From Lobosporangium transversale (lineage: Eukaryota), in contig NW_019028991.1 in assembly GCF_002105155.1 (NCBI RefSeq), positions 434,001 to 498,000 of the forward strand: DNA of 64,000 bases, in the 5' to 3' direction. Shown here one piece after another: positions 24,469-38,754 of the stretch. Every line of letters starts with the position of its first letter. Positions within the stretch are counted from its first letter, which is position 1. The translations under genes were made by a program, and so were the position numbers. The notes beneath the pieces are model-generated. The model worked only from the letters and a program-made list of their open reading frames with translations, was not told where the DNA came from and made no database searches.

Positions 24469-27400
24469 TTATGGACCAACAGTGGAGGCTACAGGATGTG
24501 TTTCATCATCATCCGTCTCTGTTTCGCCACCGCTCCCTGTTTCCAATGGTAAAAAACCATCCTTCACAATGATAATTCCGCCCGTCCCCCCTCCTGCTTC
24601 TGTTTCGGACGAAACAACAAGTCCATGAACTTGAGAAGCAGGGTGATGATTTTTCATGGGCGGTAGAACCGAGGGCAGAGATGAATTAGCTGGTCCATTG
24701 TTGTTATTACTGTATCCGGAATACGAACGTGCATGAGAAGGCGCTGTAGGAGGCAATGATGAGCGATGGTGCACATAGCGCGAATGTCGGTCATTATAGA
24801 GATCATCTCTGACTGGGTGCGGCAAAATATCAGTACACCGGTCATTCTTACTTGAACTAAAATGATGGTGATCATGGGACGAGGGAGAATAATGCCCTTG
24901 TCGGACAGAACCAAGCGAGTGGGCTCCGTAGATATGTGTTCCAGAATTCTGTTCATGACTTGGAGGTGAATGTGCATGGGAGCGCATATGTGAAGACGGA
25001 GGCGGAGAATGTGGGTGCGAATGGGGATAAGAGTATGTATTGGATTGTGATGGACCTCGAGAGAGAGGATGTTGAGGCGCATGCCCCTGGATTGCCGCCG
25101 AAGGTTGATATGGTCGATATGTACCGTTGGTTAGAGAAGGGGAGGTAACATATTGATGTTGTTGAGGTGACGATGTGTGATAGTGAGATGATACAGGGGC
25201 CGCTTGAAGTGGTAATCCATGTACGCTTGGATAAGATGGTAACGTGTGCGATGGAACCCTCTGTGAGGGTGGAATATGCTGGTGCGAGTGTTGCTGTGGT
25301 GAATGAGAAGAAGTTGAAGGACTGTCGTGAGGAAATGAAAATCCTTCACTGAACGATGGAAGCGTTGTTGGCGATCCATTAGTATCAGTCGAGACTGTTG
25401 AAATAATCGACTGCGCTCCAGAAGACTTGCGGCGCTTAATTGACACTTTCTCGTCGTTTTTTAATAGTTCCGTCTTCTCTCGTTTTTTATACGGGCGCTT
25501 CTTCTTTCCCTCTGTACCCGATGGTGCTGGAAGAGCAACTCCGGTATTCGGATCAATAGCATCTCTACTAGGCTTACGTTTCTTTTTCTTTGCATCGCCT
25601 GCATCCTTAGCGGCTTGGACACGCGCTGCTGCTCTCGCTTGTACTAAAGATTAAACGAGAGTTAGTCGCCAGAAAAGAGCGCATAAGTGTTTAAGTTTTT
25701 ATCAGCGACATGTTCTTTTACCTTCTCCAGGATAATGTACAAGTCCATGCGGATATTGCTTCTTTCGTATAATCATGCACACAGGGCATATGAATCGAGT
25801 TAACTTCGGTACTTGCTCCAGATCGAGACTAACACATATAGTATGGTTCCATTCATTGCATAGTCCGCATTGGATCATGGCTTCGCCACCTTCATGCTGT
25901 ATATCCACTACTGTTGAAGGTCCCAAGGATGCATGTTGGTTGCAGATGCATTGTGATTTAATAGTTGACAGCTCTGGAGCTGTGGGGTAGGTTGAAAGTA
26001 CAACTGAAGGGACGGGCATAGATGATGGGCAGAGTCGAAGAACGTGCATTCGAAGGGCATCACGCTCTTCACGCAGGTCAATCTCGAGGCCTTCAATCTT
26101 ACGGAGGTATGCCTTGACTTCGAGGATATTCTCCTGAATAATGACATCCTTCTTTAAGAACTTATCTACTCGATCCTTAAATGCCATTGCCATATTGACA
26201 ATTGATTCAAGCAGGGGGACTTCTGGCGTGAAAAAGCGAAGTTCCCTCGCATCTTCTAAGATCTTAACAAGCTGTTCTAATGTGGGTCGAGGTTTGTCGC
26301 GTCGAATAACCAGGCTTAAGTTGCAAATAGGGCAAATATAGTTGGACTTTGTGTTGGCCTCACGTTTCGTAACGCGGACACAAGGGCCATGATACCATTC
26401 GTGGCATTCATCACATTCTACCATCATGCCAGACTCGGATGTGCGGCACAAGCAATAAATCTGGTCCTCACGTTCAGGGTCGCTCGAGGCTTCTGGTCCT
26501 GAATGCTCTTTACTCTGTGATCTTGATGTTGTCGCAGGAATGTCTTCATCCATACTACTCATTTCGCCTGATTCCATTGATTTTTTTGGCTGACTTTGGT
26601 TTTCTTTTAGTAAGATGTGTGTTCTACTGGACTCGCCGTGAACCGAAGATAAGCGTCCCTCATTTTTATAGTCTAAAGAGACATCGTTTATGTCAGACGC
26701 CATCGTGGCAATTCCCGTGTCTCCATTCGATGTAATTGCTTGCTTAATTGGTGTCTTCTCGTCAGCTGTGCAGGCTTCTACATTTTGCTTCATGTCCTCG
26801 AGAGTTTCTTCCAGTTCGATTCCAACAAACTTTTTCGAACTAGACGGCAATAAGAGCTCTTGACATTTCGCAAACCAATCATCAAACTTTTTTGACTGTT
26901 TGTCAAACATGTCTTTGTGCTCCATAATGATGGGAAGACTGTCGACGATCTTCAATGCTCGCTTCAGTTCCGATATAAGCGGCCTATCTTCGTACTTGGG
27001 CTCTGCAGACTTTGTAATGAGGTGCTCCACAGTCTTTTGCCATTCCATTGCCTTATTGTGAAGATGTTCTGCCTTAGAAAGAACATTCCTAGGAACCGGG
27101 AAGCCTCGCCCAGTTTCAATGACTGCCTGCAGTTCATCGAGGTCTATTGGGTTCTTGCTGAGGATTTCATTCGCTTGTTCTTCCCATGCTATGCCTGCTT
27201 TTCTCTTTTTGATAAGGTCTTTTAAAAGCGGATTGGACGACGAAACACCACTCCTTTCTGCATCCTCAATCAGACTGCAAATCAGTAGAAAATCTTCTTG
27301 AAGAACTCCCTTTGCAGACACTCGCTCGATCCAAGTAAGGTCTGTTACAATTGTTTCCAGCTGGTCAATTTCGTCCATAGTAATATTCATACTGACTCCA

Positions 27401-29922
27401 GTCTCGTAAAGCTCACGACACTCTGTTAGGTCATACACAGGTTTGCTTAGCGCTCTCTGCGCATCCATTAAGAAGCCTTGTATCATCTCAATCGATTCCT
27501 GTAGTTGCTTAATCTCTGGACAGTCAAATCGCAAACGCTCGACTTGACGAAGCATCTCTTGGAGATCTTCCAGTCGTTTTCCGGTTGAGCCTTGCGCACG
27601 ATCTGTCAGCCTCCGTCCTTGATGATAGTGCTTCCGAACCAGGACTTTTGTCGCGGCTTCAACCCATTCATTCGCAACAGCCATGAATTTCCGCAGGCGC
27701 GCAGCCTCTGCAATAGGAAATGGTATCTTATCAGCTTCATTAATCAGCGACCGAAGAAGCCTCAAAGACGGCACACGGGTCTCCATCATGATCTTAGTGT
27801 ATTTAGCAATCCATGCATCCGGAATTGCAGCGGTATCAATAATTCTTTGAGTGATCTCTCTCAGTTTTTCTTCCGAGTACCGCAGACGCATGAATCGGCC
27901 ATGAATATCACATTTACAAAGCTGTAAATTAACAAATAGATGTTAGGAATTAGTCATATAGGCGCACAGCACCATGATATCCTATGACAATTCAAAATAA
28001 TTCATACCTCATTGATGTGGTCGTGACAAGTGACCTTGGTTGTGCATTGACATCCAACTTGTGAAATATATATATATGCATTGCAAAAAACACATTGGAT
28101 TTCCTCTTCTGGCCTATCCTCCTCTTCCAAAAGTGTTTTGATTGTTGGGAATTTCTTTAAAACAACTTGTCTATGCGCAAGTTCTCGATCTAAAAGATTC
28201 CTCATCTCGTCCTGTAACCAATAGGCAGTAGCGATGCTTGTGTCATTGAGAGCTGTGGTTAAAATAAGCTCATCATGTGAAAAGACTGGGTGTTTACGGT
28301 GTTCTTTATAGCGCTGGGCGCATTCCAGTCCAAATTGACACCAATCAGGAGGCGCGAAATTGACTGCTTCTGCGAAATTGAACTAGCCTCAACATTTCAA
28401 ACAAGCACAACACGACGTTAGGGCTGGTTGGTCTCTCAATGTGAGATAAATCATTAAAGATCTCAAAGAAATAAAGATGCTTACGCCATGGTTGAACCCA
28501 GCATGGTACGCTTGTGGGAAGGTCACAACAAACTGTCCAGGCCTCTGGTCTAGAGCCAAAACTTTAACGCCATTAGCAACTAATCTTTCTGGAGAAAGCA
28601 TAGTTACTAGCTGGAACAGCAGATCAGGCTGCTGTTTAAAGAGCTCAGGAACAGCCTTCTTCATGGTATCCTCGAACCTGAGAGCATCTGAAGCAGGGAC
28701 CCCATACCAGGTCTTTGTGTCACCCCAATGCATATAGTTAATGGAGTATGTGTAATGATCCTCGTTATGCCAACAAAAGGTTGAGAAACACATGCCTACA
28801 TAGAGCCAAGGAACCATCATTCCTGAAATATCCGTTTTGATATGACAAAACAGTGATTCAGGAAGCACTGGGATGTTGTTGAGGTTGGCTGGATGGGCTG
28901 AATACTTATCTGTTGGGTGTTTCTCCAAGGTAGGAAAGCCACTAAAACACAATAGATACCCTGGAATGTCAATTTTCAATTTCATCACCTTTTGCTCTTA
29001 CATGGTATTTTAGCCCGTTGAATAGATAATTACTCACCTTCCATGCTGAGTCGAATGCAAGTCAGCACCATATTCTACTTCTACAGTCTCGTATGCATTC
29101 TCAACAAGTCTCCAAAATTCGCGCTCCACAGTATCCTCAGGTACTTTGCCATCCTCGAACCCAGCTTTTTCGAACCAGCTCTGTTTGAAGTTATTGCACT
29201 TTTGTTGAAAACTATGGAGAGAATATTCTTCACCCTCCTCAAAACCGAAATCGTCGCCTGCCACAAGACATTTTGCACAGTACCAATCCGTTTTAGGGAT
29301 ATTTTGCAGTGGTGGCGTGAGACAGTATGTATGGTATCCAAGCTCGCAGCCATCACAAATAAGCATCCTGTCCAGATCACATTCCTTGTGACAAATCTCG
29401 CAGACGTCTGAGCTATCATCGTCGTCATCTCCGCGATTAACTGATAGTGGTTCACTCGAAGTTCGTTCCGAATTTGATGGTGATGACGGCTGCGAATCTG
29501 AAATAGGCTCAGCAGAATCTATGAATTAGTAACGATATATTCAGAGTAGAGTCTTTGCTTGTTTGATAGCTGTAGCTCTCCGGTATTCACAATGAAGACT
29601 CACCAGCACAGGACACTGGATCTTTTTTAATCCGTTTTGATTTTCGAGTCTCAGGCATAGCAATAACGCTGGCTGCGGGAGAATCCTGTGAGCTTTGAGG
29701 TGTGGGATCTGAGCTCGATTCCCGCTTGAAATCATTTGGAAAATTTTCGGATGCAGTTTTACCCTGTTTTGATAAATAAATCTCATATGGCAAGATGACT
29801 TTGAGGTAGGCTGATTTAAGGGCATTTGAAAGTGAGGTGCATTGCTTTCTTGTATAGTCAAGCCCGCGCCCGATTTCTGCCCATTTTTTCCCTGCTGTGA
29901 CCTAATCGAGAAAGGCGATGAG

Positions 29923-29957
<35 letters not shown>

Positions 29958-30758
29958 TTTTTTTAATACTCATCAGCAATCGTTTAACGGTGATATCCTT
30001 TTCCTCCCTCATGCCCATAACATGATTAGAAGTATAAATAGATAAATACAAGGACAATTACCCTTCTGTCCTTCATTCATACCTTTTGATATCCTCCTCG
30101 AGCTGTAACCTCTTTCCTGAGCCTGAACAGATCGATCGGACGTTTATCCAATTGTGGAATCTTAAGAACGGGATGTCCTTGTTGGCGGTGAAATTTGTAC
30201 AGCTGTTCTAAATAATTGAGGTTGGTCCTGGTCTCGCCTTCCATGCTATTTAGTTTCTGGATCCTCGTTTTAAAACGGAACACCTAATGCCATGGTCGTT
30301 TCAACAGGAAGACAAGTATGTTAGAAGAAAGCATGGTTGCGAAGCATCTGTTTTGAAAGAATTTAAGCCTCCATTGCCTCTTGAACAAAACAAAACAGAA
30401 CGAATCACACCTAATCACAAAAAAAAAAAAAAAAAAAAAAGACATCCTCTTGGATGTCTATTTTGTATACCTCAGTGTCCAGTGAGAACCGCGGCTTCCA
30501 GCCTTCAGGTGGGATGATCTTGCAGATGCCAGCTTTCTCAGCTTCTGGACGGATACTCTCGATGAATTTGAGCGGCTCCATAAACTCCTCGGGAGTGGGG
30601 TAATAACAGGGTGCATCTTGGAGACCGAATATTCTTGAGGGTGGGCTGCTTTGTGAAGATTCAGGTGGGGCAGTTGTTGCTACGGTTGTCATGTCCAGCG
30701 GAGGGGACTTTGGATGTGAGGAGACTGACACGGCCCTGGCTTTTGTTTGCTTCATCAT
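24469..30758 (-). CDS. KDM5: KDM5/JARID1-family H3K4 demethylase (JmjN, ARID, PHD, JmjC, C5HC2, PLU-1, two further PHD), multi-exon
   Basis: JmjN APCYYPTPEEFMEP...GICKIIPP; ARID KIPQLDKRPIDLFRL; PHD ICDGCELGYHTYCLTPPL; JmjC PWLYVGMCFSTFCWHNEDHYTYSINY...AYHAGFNHG with intact Fe ligands; further PHDs YCLCR...MVECDECHEWYH. Start codon is uncertain. Confidence 0.95.
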
Positions 30759-31981
30759 GATGGATAGGTGAAAAGGCGTCAAGCCTTGGATGTGGAGCGG
30801 CTGTTCAAGCTGGAGGTGAGGGGGTGGGGAAGGCGAGGAAAGGAAGAAAATGCGGGAGGTGGTCGAAAAGGGGAAATATCAGACCAAACTCGAGTTGACA
30901 TAAATGAATGGAGGAATGGCACCGAAATGAAGGATGAAGAGTCCTGTCAAGGACGGGATTGGATTTGGGGATTAGGTAGAGGGTGTTAGAAGAAGAAGAA
31001 GGGGTGTCACCGCCAAGGACCTTCCTTACCATAAGAGCAATTTTTAGCTCATGTATTATTCTTTGCACTGCACTGGCCTGGCTTTACTCTATTCGAGTGA
31101 TGGAGATGGCAATTGAGACTCCCTAACACAGCATCAGCGATCGTCGATCTTCTACACGTGATTACACCTCGGTTATGAACCATTATTTCACTCATTCACA
31201 TTTACTTCCGAAGTCAGGGTTTGTACGCCATGATTGTGGAGTTACTATACGTCAGGTATAAATACTCAGAGACTGTTTGGATCTCGAGCTTTTGGCAGTT
31301 GAAGAGCCCGAAGACTACTTTATTTTTTTTTTTTTTTTTGAAGTCCTGTCGAAAAAACTTAATGCATTAAAAAGTCTCGTTTTGAACCAGACGCAACTGC
31401 ACGTTACTGTGAGGGACCGACATTCCAGTCTGTTAATGGCATGGAGTGTTGGATTGGCCAACTGGGAAACGATCACAGGGAGGCGACCGACGGGATGAGC
31501 ATTGTCATTGCGGCGGGTGATTTCTTCCCGTCACTAAGTTTGGTTTTTTGATCTCCCATTGCTGTGTGTGTGCATGTGTTGTACATTGAAAACTATACCA
31601 GAGAGTTTACAGTCCCTGTCTGTGTCTATACATTGTGAGGTCAGACTGTTGCACAAAATGGATGCACGCCCCCCAGTAAACTCCCTTGTGGACAGAAAAG
31701 TCCTCGTGGCAATGGATCTTTTGTCCATGCAAAGAGCGATCTTTTTTTTTTTTTTTTTTTTTTTTTTTCATTCCTTCTTACTCTCCATTCTATTTTTTTT
31801 TTTTTTTTTTTTGTATTCTTGTCTGTATTCACGCTTCACCTTCTCCACTCCACTCTTCCCTCTCCACATATACCCAAATATACCATAAACAGAACGATCC
31901 TTAGCAGCAACCAATCTCTTCTTCTTTCCCTTTCCCTATTTCGTACACATAGTGCTTCTGTCTCTGTATCTGCTTGTCTAC

Positions 31982-34213
31982 ATGTTCTCTTCGCCACAGT
32001 CGCCCGTCTCCCCCAGCGCTCAAATAAAGAGACGTTCTTTTGGAGGAATGAACAGGGATCTCAGTTCGTTCCTGCCCTCGTTTCCGCCTGCGAAACGGCT
32101 TTCCGCTCTGTCCATCTCTTCGCCCACAACAAGCAGTCCTGTGCTTACACCTGAGCCATTGCTCTCACCGAGTCCAATGCCACATTTGAGTGCAAGTCGT
32201 GCCCTTTTTGAAGAAGGTCTCTACAGCGATGTAACTGTGATCCTTCAGGTACCTGGATCTATTAAAAAATCGCTTCATCTGCACTCACGGATCCTTTCTA
32301 GAGAGAGCGAGCTCTTCGAGGCTCTGCTGGCTGGGACCAAGAACACTGGGGAAAAGGCGATTGTCCTCCTTGATGAGAAAGACGCAAATGGGTCGCAGGT
32401 GATTGAGATTCAATGTGTAGACCCACAAGAACTTTATGCGTTCGAGTCGTCTCTGCGGTTACTTTATACCGGCAGTTGGTGTTCTGACCGTGATTTCCAG
32501 ACCAGTTCCTTGGATACACGTTTGCGCCGTGGCCTCGATGTCATGAGTCAAGCTGGTCGTCTGTCTCTGAAGGGCTCGACTACAGCATTGTTACAGGAAG
32601 AGATCACACAAATGTGTCAGAATAAGCCCGAGCTGTTGGAAAAGATGTCCAAGTCATTGAGACCTGAGGACCGCGAAGATGACCAGGCTATTCTCAAATT
32701 TGATCGTGATGCATTGCAGCAGATGTGTCGCGTAGCAGTAGTCAAGGCCGAAATCCGCGATCATTGCGAGCTCGCTATCGCTCGTAACCTTTATGGCTCC
32801 AAAAAGTTCCGTGATCTTCGCATGTCGCCATTACAGACCTCGGAGCTTCGACCGGGTTATATATTCCCTCCAGGAGGTCAAGAATCTATTTATCTTCTGA
32901 AGGGAGCTCCCTCACTTCCTCTCCACCCTTGCAGAGCAACAAATGTAGATGCACTGCGCCATGTAGTCGACTACTACACCGCATACAACTCCCGAGAGCC
33001 CTTGAGGACACGCGAGTTTTATGTGGTCCCTACAGAAGACGAGGTCGAAGATGATGACGATATTGGTCACCGCTCTGTAGTTACACTTCACGATGTGACC
33101 TTTTATAGAGTTGCATTCTCTTCAGGCTATCAATGGCTTCTTGATCAGGTGATCAAAGTCAGCGCACCATTTGAGCTTATTATTCTCTTGCTCAAGGATG
33201 CAATTGATGAGAATACTGACAGAAGCAATAACGTCGCATTTGGTGAATTTGTATCAGCAGCCGATGGAGATGTGTACTTGCAAGGCGTCAATTACATCAC
33301 AAATGGTCTCCTGCACGCTTTCCAGGACCCAACACTCGAATCGTTCCGTAACCCTGGTGTCTCTGGATCACTGTTGAACATGATCTCTTATGGTATCAAC
33401 TCCTTAACGGATCTTCCTCCGTTGAGGCCACGCCCAGAGTCAGCTAATAAGGATGCTAACGCCTCGCATCATCATCAAGAGTACCCTGCACTGCCTACTC
33501 TGGTGATGGAGTTTTTCTGGCAGGTATTAGAGCTAGCATTGAAGCGTCCTCATCACCTCGAGTTTGTTCAGCTATTGCTAGAGTCAATCACCAAGATCGC
33601 CCCCTTGACACCTTTTGAGGTTTTTGATCGCGTCGAAGAAAGGCTGGCTGAGCTATTAGAAGAGACTCGAAAGAAAATTATGGAGCAGCGCGGTGATGTA
33701 CCATTACATGATGAGCCAGAGGATGAAGAGGCGGATACAAATGGAAGTGATATTGTTAGCCCGCGTGTAGTTGGTGGTAAAAGCGATGATACATTTAGTA
33801 ACATCAAGGGTAGCTTTTCAGAAGGTCACCGGAGTGAAATCTCCAGCGTAAGGCTTGATGATCCGGAGGAGCGCCGCTCCATGGTGAGCAGCGTTCTCTT
33901 TGCATCCGAGCCCACAAGGGCTGCAACAGTCCTTTCTAGTGACGATGACGATGATACATCATCGCTTTATCCTGACGAGCTTGAGCCTGAAGCTGAGGTT
34001 GAAGAAGTCGAAGCGCCATGGATGAGGTTCGTATCATATTTGTCTCTTTTGCATTCTTCTGATTTCACTGAGTACCTTTCCAATGTCTAACTGTCGCTTA
34101 TTTTCTTTAGGCCCGAATACTTGCAGCCTCTGTGTCTTCAGCTGTTGACCACGTTCCCCATGAACATTCAGTCGTCGTTACTCTGGGCTATTCATGATCT
34201 GCAGCTGCTTTAA
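31982..34213 (+). CDS. BTB/POZ-domain protein (2 exons; last exon 34111-34213)
   Basis: YSDVTVIL...LHLHSRILSRESELFEALL...FESSLRLLYTG is BTB-like. A donor near 34027 and TAG acceptor at 34110 give the in-frame tail RPEYLQPLCLQLL...LL*. Confidence 0.75.
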
Positions 34214-34600
34214 AAAGGATGAAAATCGAACCTTTGTTTATTTCAAGCTGTACCTGTACAAACGAAACGAAAATCAACTCCCCACTCTGATTGTTTATAA
34301 AATATATTCTTGTAGACCCAATTCCATGAGCTGTGTGTTCTTTGTTGAGCATTAATGTTCGAATGAGGGCGATAAGAAAGGACTTGAATGTTGAAAAGAA
34401 ACTTCCATCAGGATTGAATGTGTACGAAAGGAAGGGACGTGTTTTTTTTTTTTTTTTTTTTTTTTTTGTTGCCCATACTTTTTCAACACCAATGTGTTTC
34501 TTGTTGATTTCTCTCCCTCTTAGTTGTTAATTCCTCTGCTGCATAATAAACTACATTCTCTGTACGCACAGGAAAAAAAAGGCGGTGTGAGAAAGAAACA

Positions 34601-37600
34601 ATGGGTTCCGTTGTCCACGCAACGACTTCTACCCATCCATCCCTGCTGTATGCTCCCATTAGTAACAATAGTAGCGAGAGCGATTCAGGCGAGCACGACG
34701 TTGAAACTGCAACGCAAAAGCCAAAGACTACCAAGCTGGCTCCAACTACAGTCACTACCACTACTTCTACTATTCTCGGAACGGCTGCATCAGCACAATC
34801 AAAAGGACACTTGGAGGATTATTCTAATCCTGCGACCGTGGCGCCAGAAGAGGAAATAAAGAATACAACTGGCTTACAAACGTTTGAAGGAAAGTCCACA
34901 TCGTCGTCTTCTTCAAAAAGGGGTCGAAAGCCGAAGGCAAGGCCTCCATCACAGTTGGGAGGCTCGCTTCCGAAGTTGTCCAAGAAGGCGAAATTACCAA
35001 AATTAACAGCATTTCATTTGTCGCCTGAACAACTGAAGCATCCACTCTTTCTTGCCATTGCACGAGTCTTAGTTGCTCGTGGGAACCATTGGCAGAGTGC
35101 GACCGATTTAGTTGGTATGCTCTTGAATATAAAGCCAGAATAGAAGGCCGACAAAAAAAGTTGTATAATTGAAGAGGCGAAATTCAATTAATGCATGTTC
35201 AATTTACGCGTGTATGGACATCAGAATTCAGCTGGAGCGACTAACAATTATACCACTTTAACAACAATAACAATAGAAGGTATACGATATTATAAGCTTG
35301 CTAGTCTCGGGTACGTAACACGGTCTTTGACATGCACAGCTAATTTAAACGCAAGTTTCATGTTCCTTAGAAGTAATGTATTGACAAGCTCTCTTCTCTC
35401 TTTGCTGTCTTCTTTATTTATTTTGTTCGGAATATAGTGGTCAAACACCACGGGGCACAGTCCAAGGCGCCATCTCCACAGCTTTGACCACCGCCCATAA
35501 TCTAGGCACATTTGAGCCGATCGAGAAGAAAAAAATGAGCAGCACTACCTATTATCGGATGGCACCCAGTGCATTAGATCCCTCACTTCATCTGAACGGC
35601 AATGACTCGGATGCAACCGAGTCAGATTCTAATAACTCACCACCACCAGGTAATTTAGCAGTTAACCAAAGGAATACAGAATTGGAAATATGGATAATAT
35701 TTGAACATCTTTCTGATTAGCATCTTTGGCGATTTTGAATTCTATTATAGTACCTCTATCAAAAAAACCAAGAAAGATAAAAACTGAAGTTACATCCAGA
35801 TCTAGATCAAGTTCCAAAATGACAACAGTGACCTCAACATCGAATGCAAAACGGAAAACAAAGGAACCCACCAGCAATGAGACGAGCCAGGGAACAAGTA
35901 GAAATAATAAGAGGAAATCAGTTTCTGGATGGTCAGATACCTTGAGCTCGGATAGCTCGGAGGATGATACCCGACCTTATACCTCTAGAAGTCGTTCGAA
36001 TTCCAAAAATCACCATAATAACCACAAACAGTCCCTTGCTAGCTCAAAGCGGACGAGAACAGGATCACCCAATATAACCACATCCTCCCGGTCAAAAGCA
36101 CCTGAACGGAAGAACTCTATTCCTAATGGACTTAAGAAGTTACCAAAAGGATATGTATATGATACCGAAATTAATCAAGCGGCTCTGATGAAACTCTCTA
36201 TCAACCCCTCACAGACCGGAGAATACATGCGACATCTCAAGTATGTGAATAGTCTTGAGCGGATTAAAAAAAGCTTGATCTCATTTCGCTGTCTCTAATT
36301 ATTATTATTATTGCTTCATAATCTACGACTGATTATAGGGGGAAAAACGCACAAGAAAACAATTTCCCTGATCGGCGAGGCGAATTTGGTGTTGATCTCA
36401 CACAGGAGCCCTCTACATTTGCGATAGAGCAGCAAACGGGATACACATACCCGCGACTTCGAAATAGTGGTAGAGAACGCCTACCTAAGGGCGATTGTGA
36501 GGATGGTTACGCAATTGCAGATTTGAAGCATAAGGGAGGGGGATTTCTAGGACGACTGTTCTGTATCACAGATGGCCACGGCGGCCGAGCCTGCTCCTCA
36601 TTTGTAGTTGCAACAATACCAGGGGCTTTGCAGGTCATTTTTGGGAAATATAAGCCTACAGACCTCTCTCAGCCATCAGTACAGGAGCTAATCAAGAACC
36701 AGATCACAGAGGCTATTCGCTTGATCGATAAGGAGTACCTTGAATACAAGAAGCAGCAGTACCTGCGTTTTAAAGCGAAGCAAATTATAAATGACCCGGG
36801 AAGTGATGGTACAACGTTGATTGTCAATATTTTTATCGATAAGTGGCTCATTTGTTTAAACCTGGGTGATTCAAGGACTATGATGGGTAGTCGGGATTCT
36901 GTAGGCCGTTGGAATGTGGATTTTTATAGTGAAGACCATACGCCATCATTAGAGAGACTTGCACAAACAATCTATGCTAATGGTGGAGAGTTTGTGACAC
37001 ATGACGATAAGATCATCAAGTTTGATCCGAATTTAAAGAACGACAAGAAGCATCGCCAGTCACTGAAGGAAGCCAGAATTCGTGTCAAGGATGGCGAGTC
37101 AAATCAGTACGGTATCCCATTCCGGACAAAGAATGGACATTGCGCCTCTGTTAACCTTGGCGCCTGCATTGGAGATGTTCTTTATAAGCTTGATCCTGTT
37201 AACCCAGTGCTGAGTTGCAAGCCTGATATAACGTTCATTGACATCACTGATATTCAGCAGGGATTTCTCCTCATGGCTTCGGATGGACTCTGGGATTATG
37301 TTCAGCGTGGTGGGAAGGTGCAGGACCAGAACGCCACTGTTTGTCAATTTGTGGGCGATAAAATTGATCGAGGCTGGAATCACCAGCGAATAGTTTATAC
37401 TTTGTCGGATCGCGAGAATGCCACAGGGCTATACTCAGAATCCATACAGGAGTATGATGATTTTACAGCAATCCTCGTGACCTTTAGTAAACAACAGTTG
37501 ATATATCAGCAGAGGAAGTATCAGGAAGAAGAGGATCAAGAGCTGATGCTTCAGAAGCAGCGGATACAAGAGAAGCAGATCCTATTGATGCATCAGCAGC

Positions 37601-38007
37601 AGTTAAAACAACGAGAGATCGAGAGACAGCAACAGCTTCAGCAATTGAAGATTCAAACGGAGAAAGCAGAGCTCGAACAGCTGCGCCGGGAGCAGGAACT
37701 CTTGCGCAAGGCAAAGAAAGCTCAGGGAGAGACAGATTCGGACTCAGATATGATGGGACATGAGCATGAGCGTGAGCATGAGCATGAGCATGAGCATGAG
37801 CATGGAGCTAAGTCTGAGGCATGTTCGAACGAGATTGTATCAAAAATATCAAAAAAAACTAAAAAACCTTCTGATTCTGTCTACAATCCAACATGCGCCA
37901 CACCGCCCGAGCCACCCATGTCTGAAGCTGTCGCAGCTAAGCAAAAGGAAGTGCTGGAGACAAGTCTTCAGATCGTTCAATCTCTCGCCTCCTCCAGCGA
38001 AGTATAA
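34601..38007 (+). CDS. PP2C (PPM) Ser/Thr phosphatase with N-terminal winged-helix-like domain and C-terminal coiled coil, multi-exon
   Basis: PPM motifs CEDG, DGHGG, DGTT, NLGDSR, SEDHTP, ASDGLWD, DDFTAILV. Upstream exons splice in frame to give LAIARVL...LGGQTPRGTVQGAIS. Confidence 0.88.
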
Positions 38008-38754
38008 TTAGCATTGTTTAAATATTTTTTCACAATAAAAAAAATTCATTTAAAGTATTTTGAAAAGGTTAAGAGTGGCGAATACGACGTCAATTGAAAT
38101 TATTAAATCCTGAGTAGATTTTGTTGATCAACTGCAGGTTCCTTGATTGAGATACTAAGATCATAACCACAGTTTCACGAAGGAACAAACCACAAATCTA
38201 GTCGGGTTGACATGAAAGGCTCTGTCACGTGCTTTTTTTTTTGTGTGTGTGTGTTTCAATTGTTGCTTTTCTCACCTTTTCTCACCTTAACTTCCTTCGA
38301 CTTGAGTGGCAAATATACTTGTAAAAAAAAGAAGAAAAAAAAAGTAAATGATACTAGCGACTTCTTGATCCTGTCTGTATACAAGGAATGGCATGTGTAG
38401 GAATGTCCAGAGCATTCATGTTCTCAATTCTGGGAACAAGCAGATCTCAGACTCTGAAAACATTCCAATACCAGTAGCAGCAACAATAGATAGCCTGACC
38501 TCATGTGCAGAACGAGTTGGCTGTAGGGGGAAGGGATCCGAGGAACACAAATGAATTTCAACATGTTTTAAAGGGCCTTTTTTTTTATTATTATTCAACA
38601 ATTTTATTTTTTATAAATGTGCTCCCACTTAGTTTCTCACGCTCATCATTCGAACCAAGAAGAAAGCATATCTGCACTACTGCATTTTCACACGCTATCC
38701 TAAAAACACACACGCAATCAAAGCACGTATAAATTTATATATCAATAATATATC

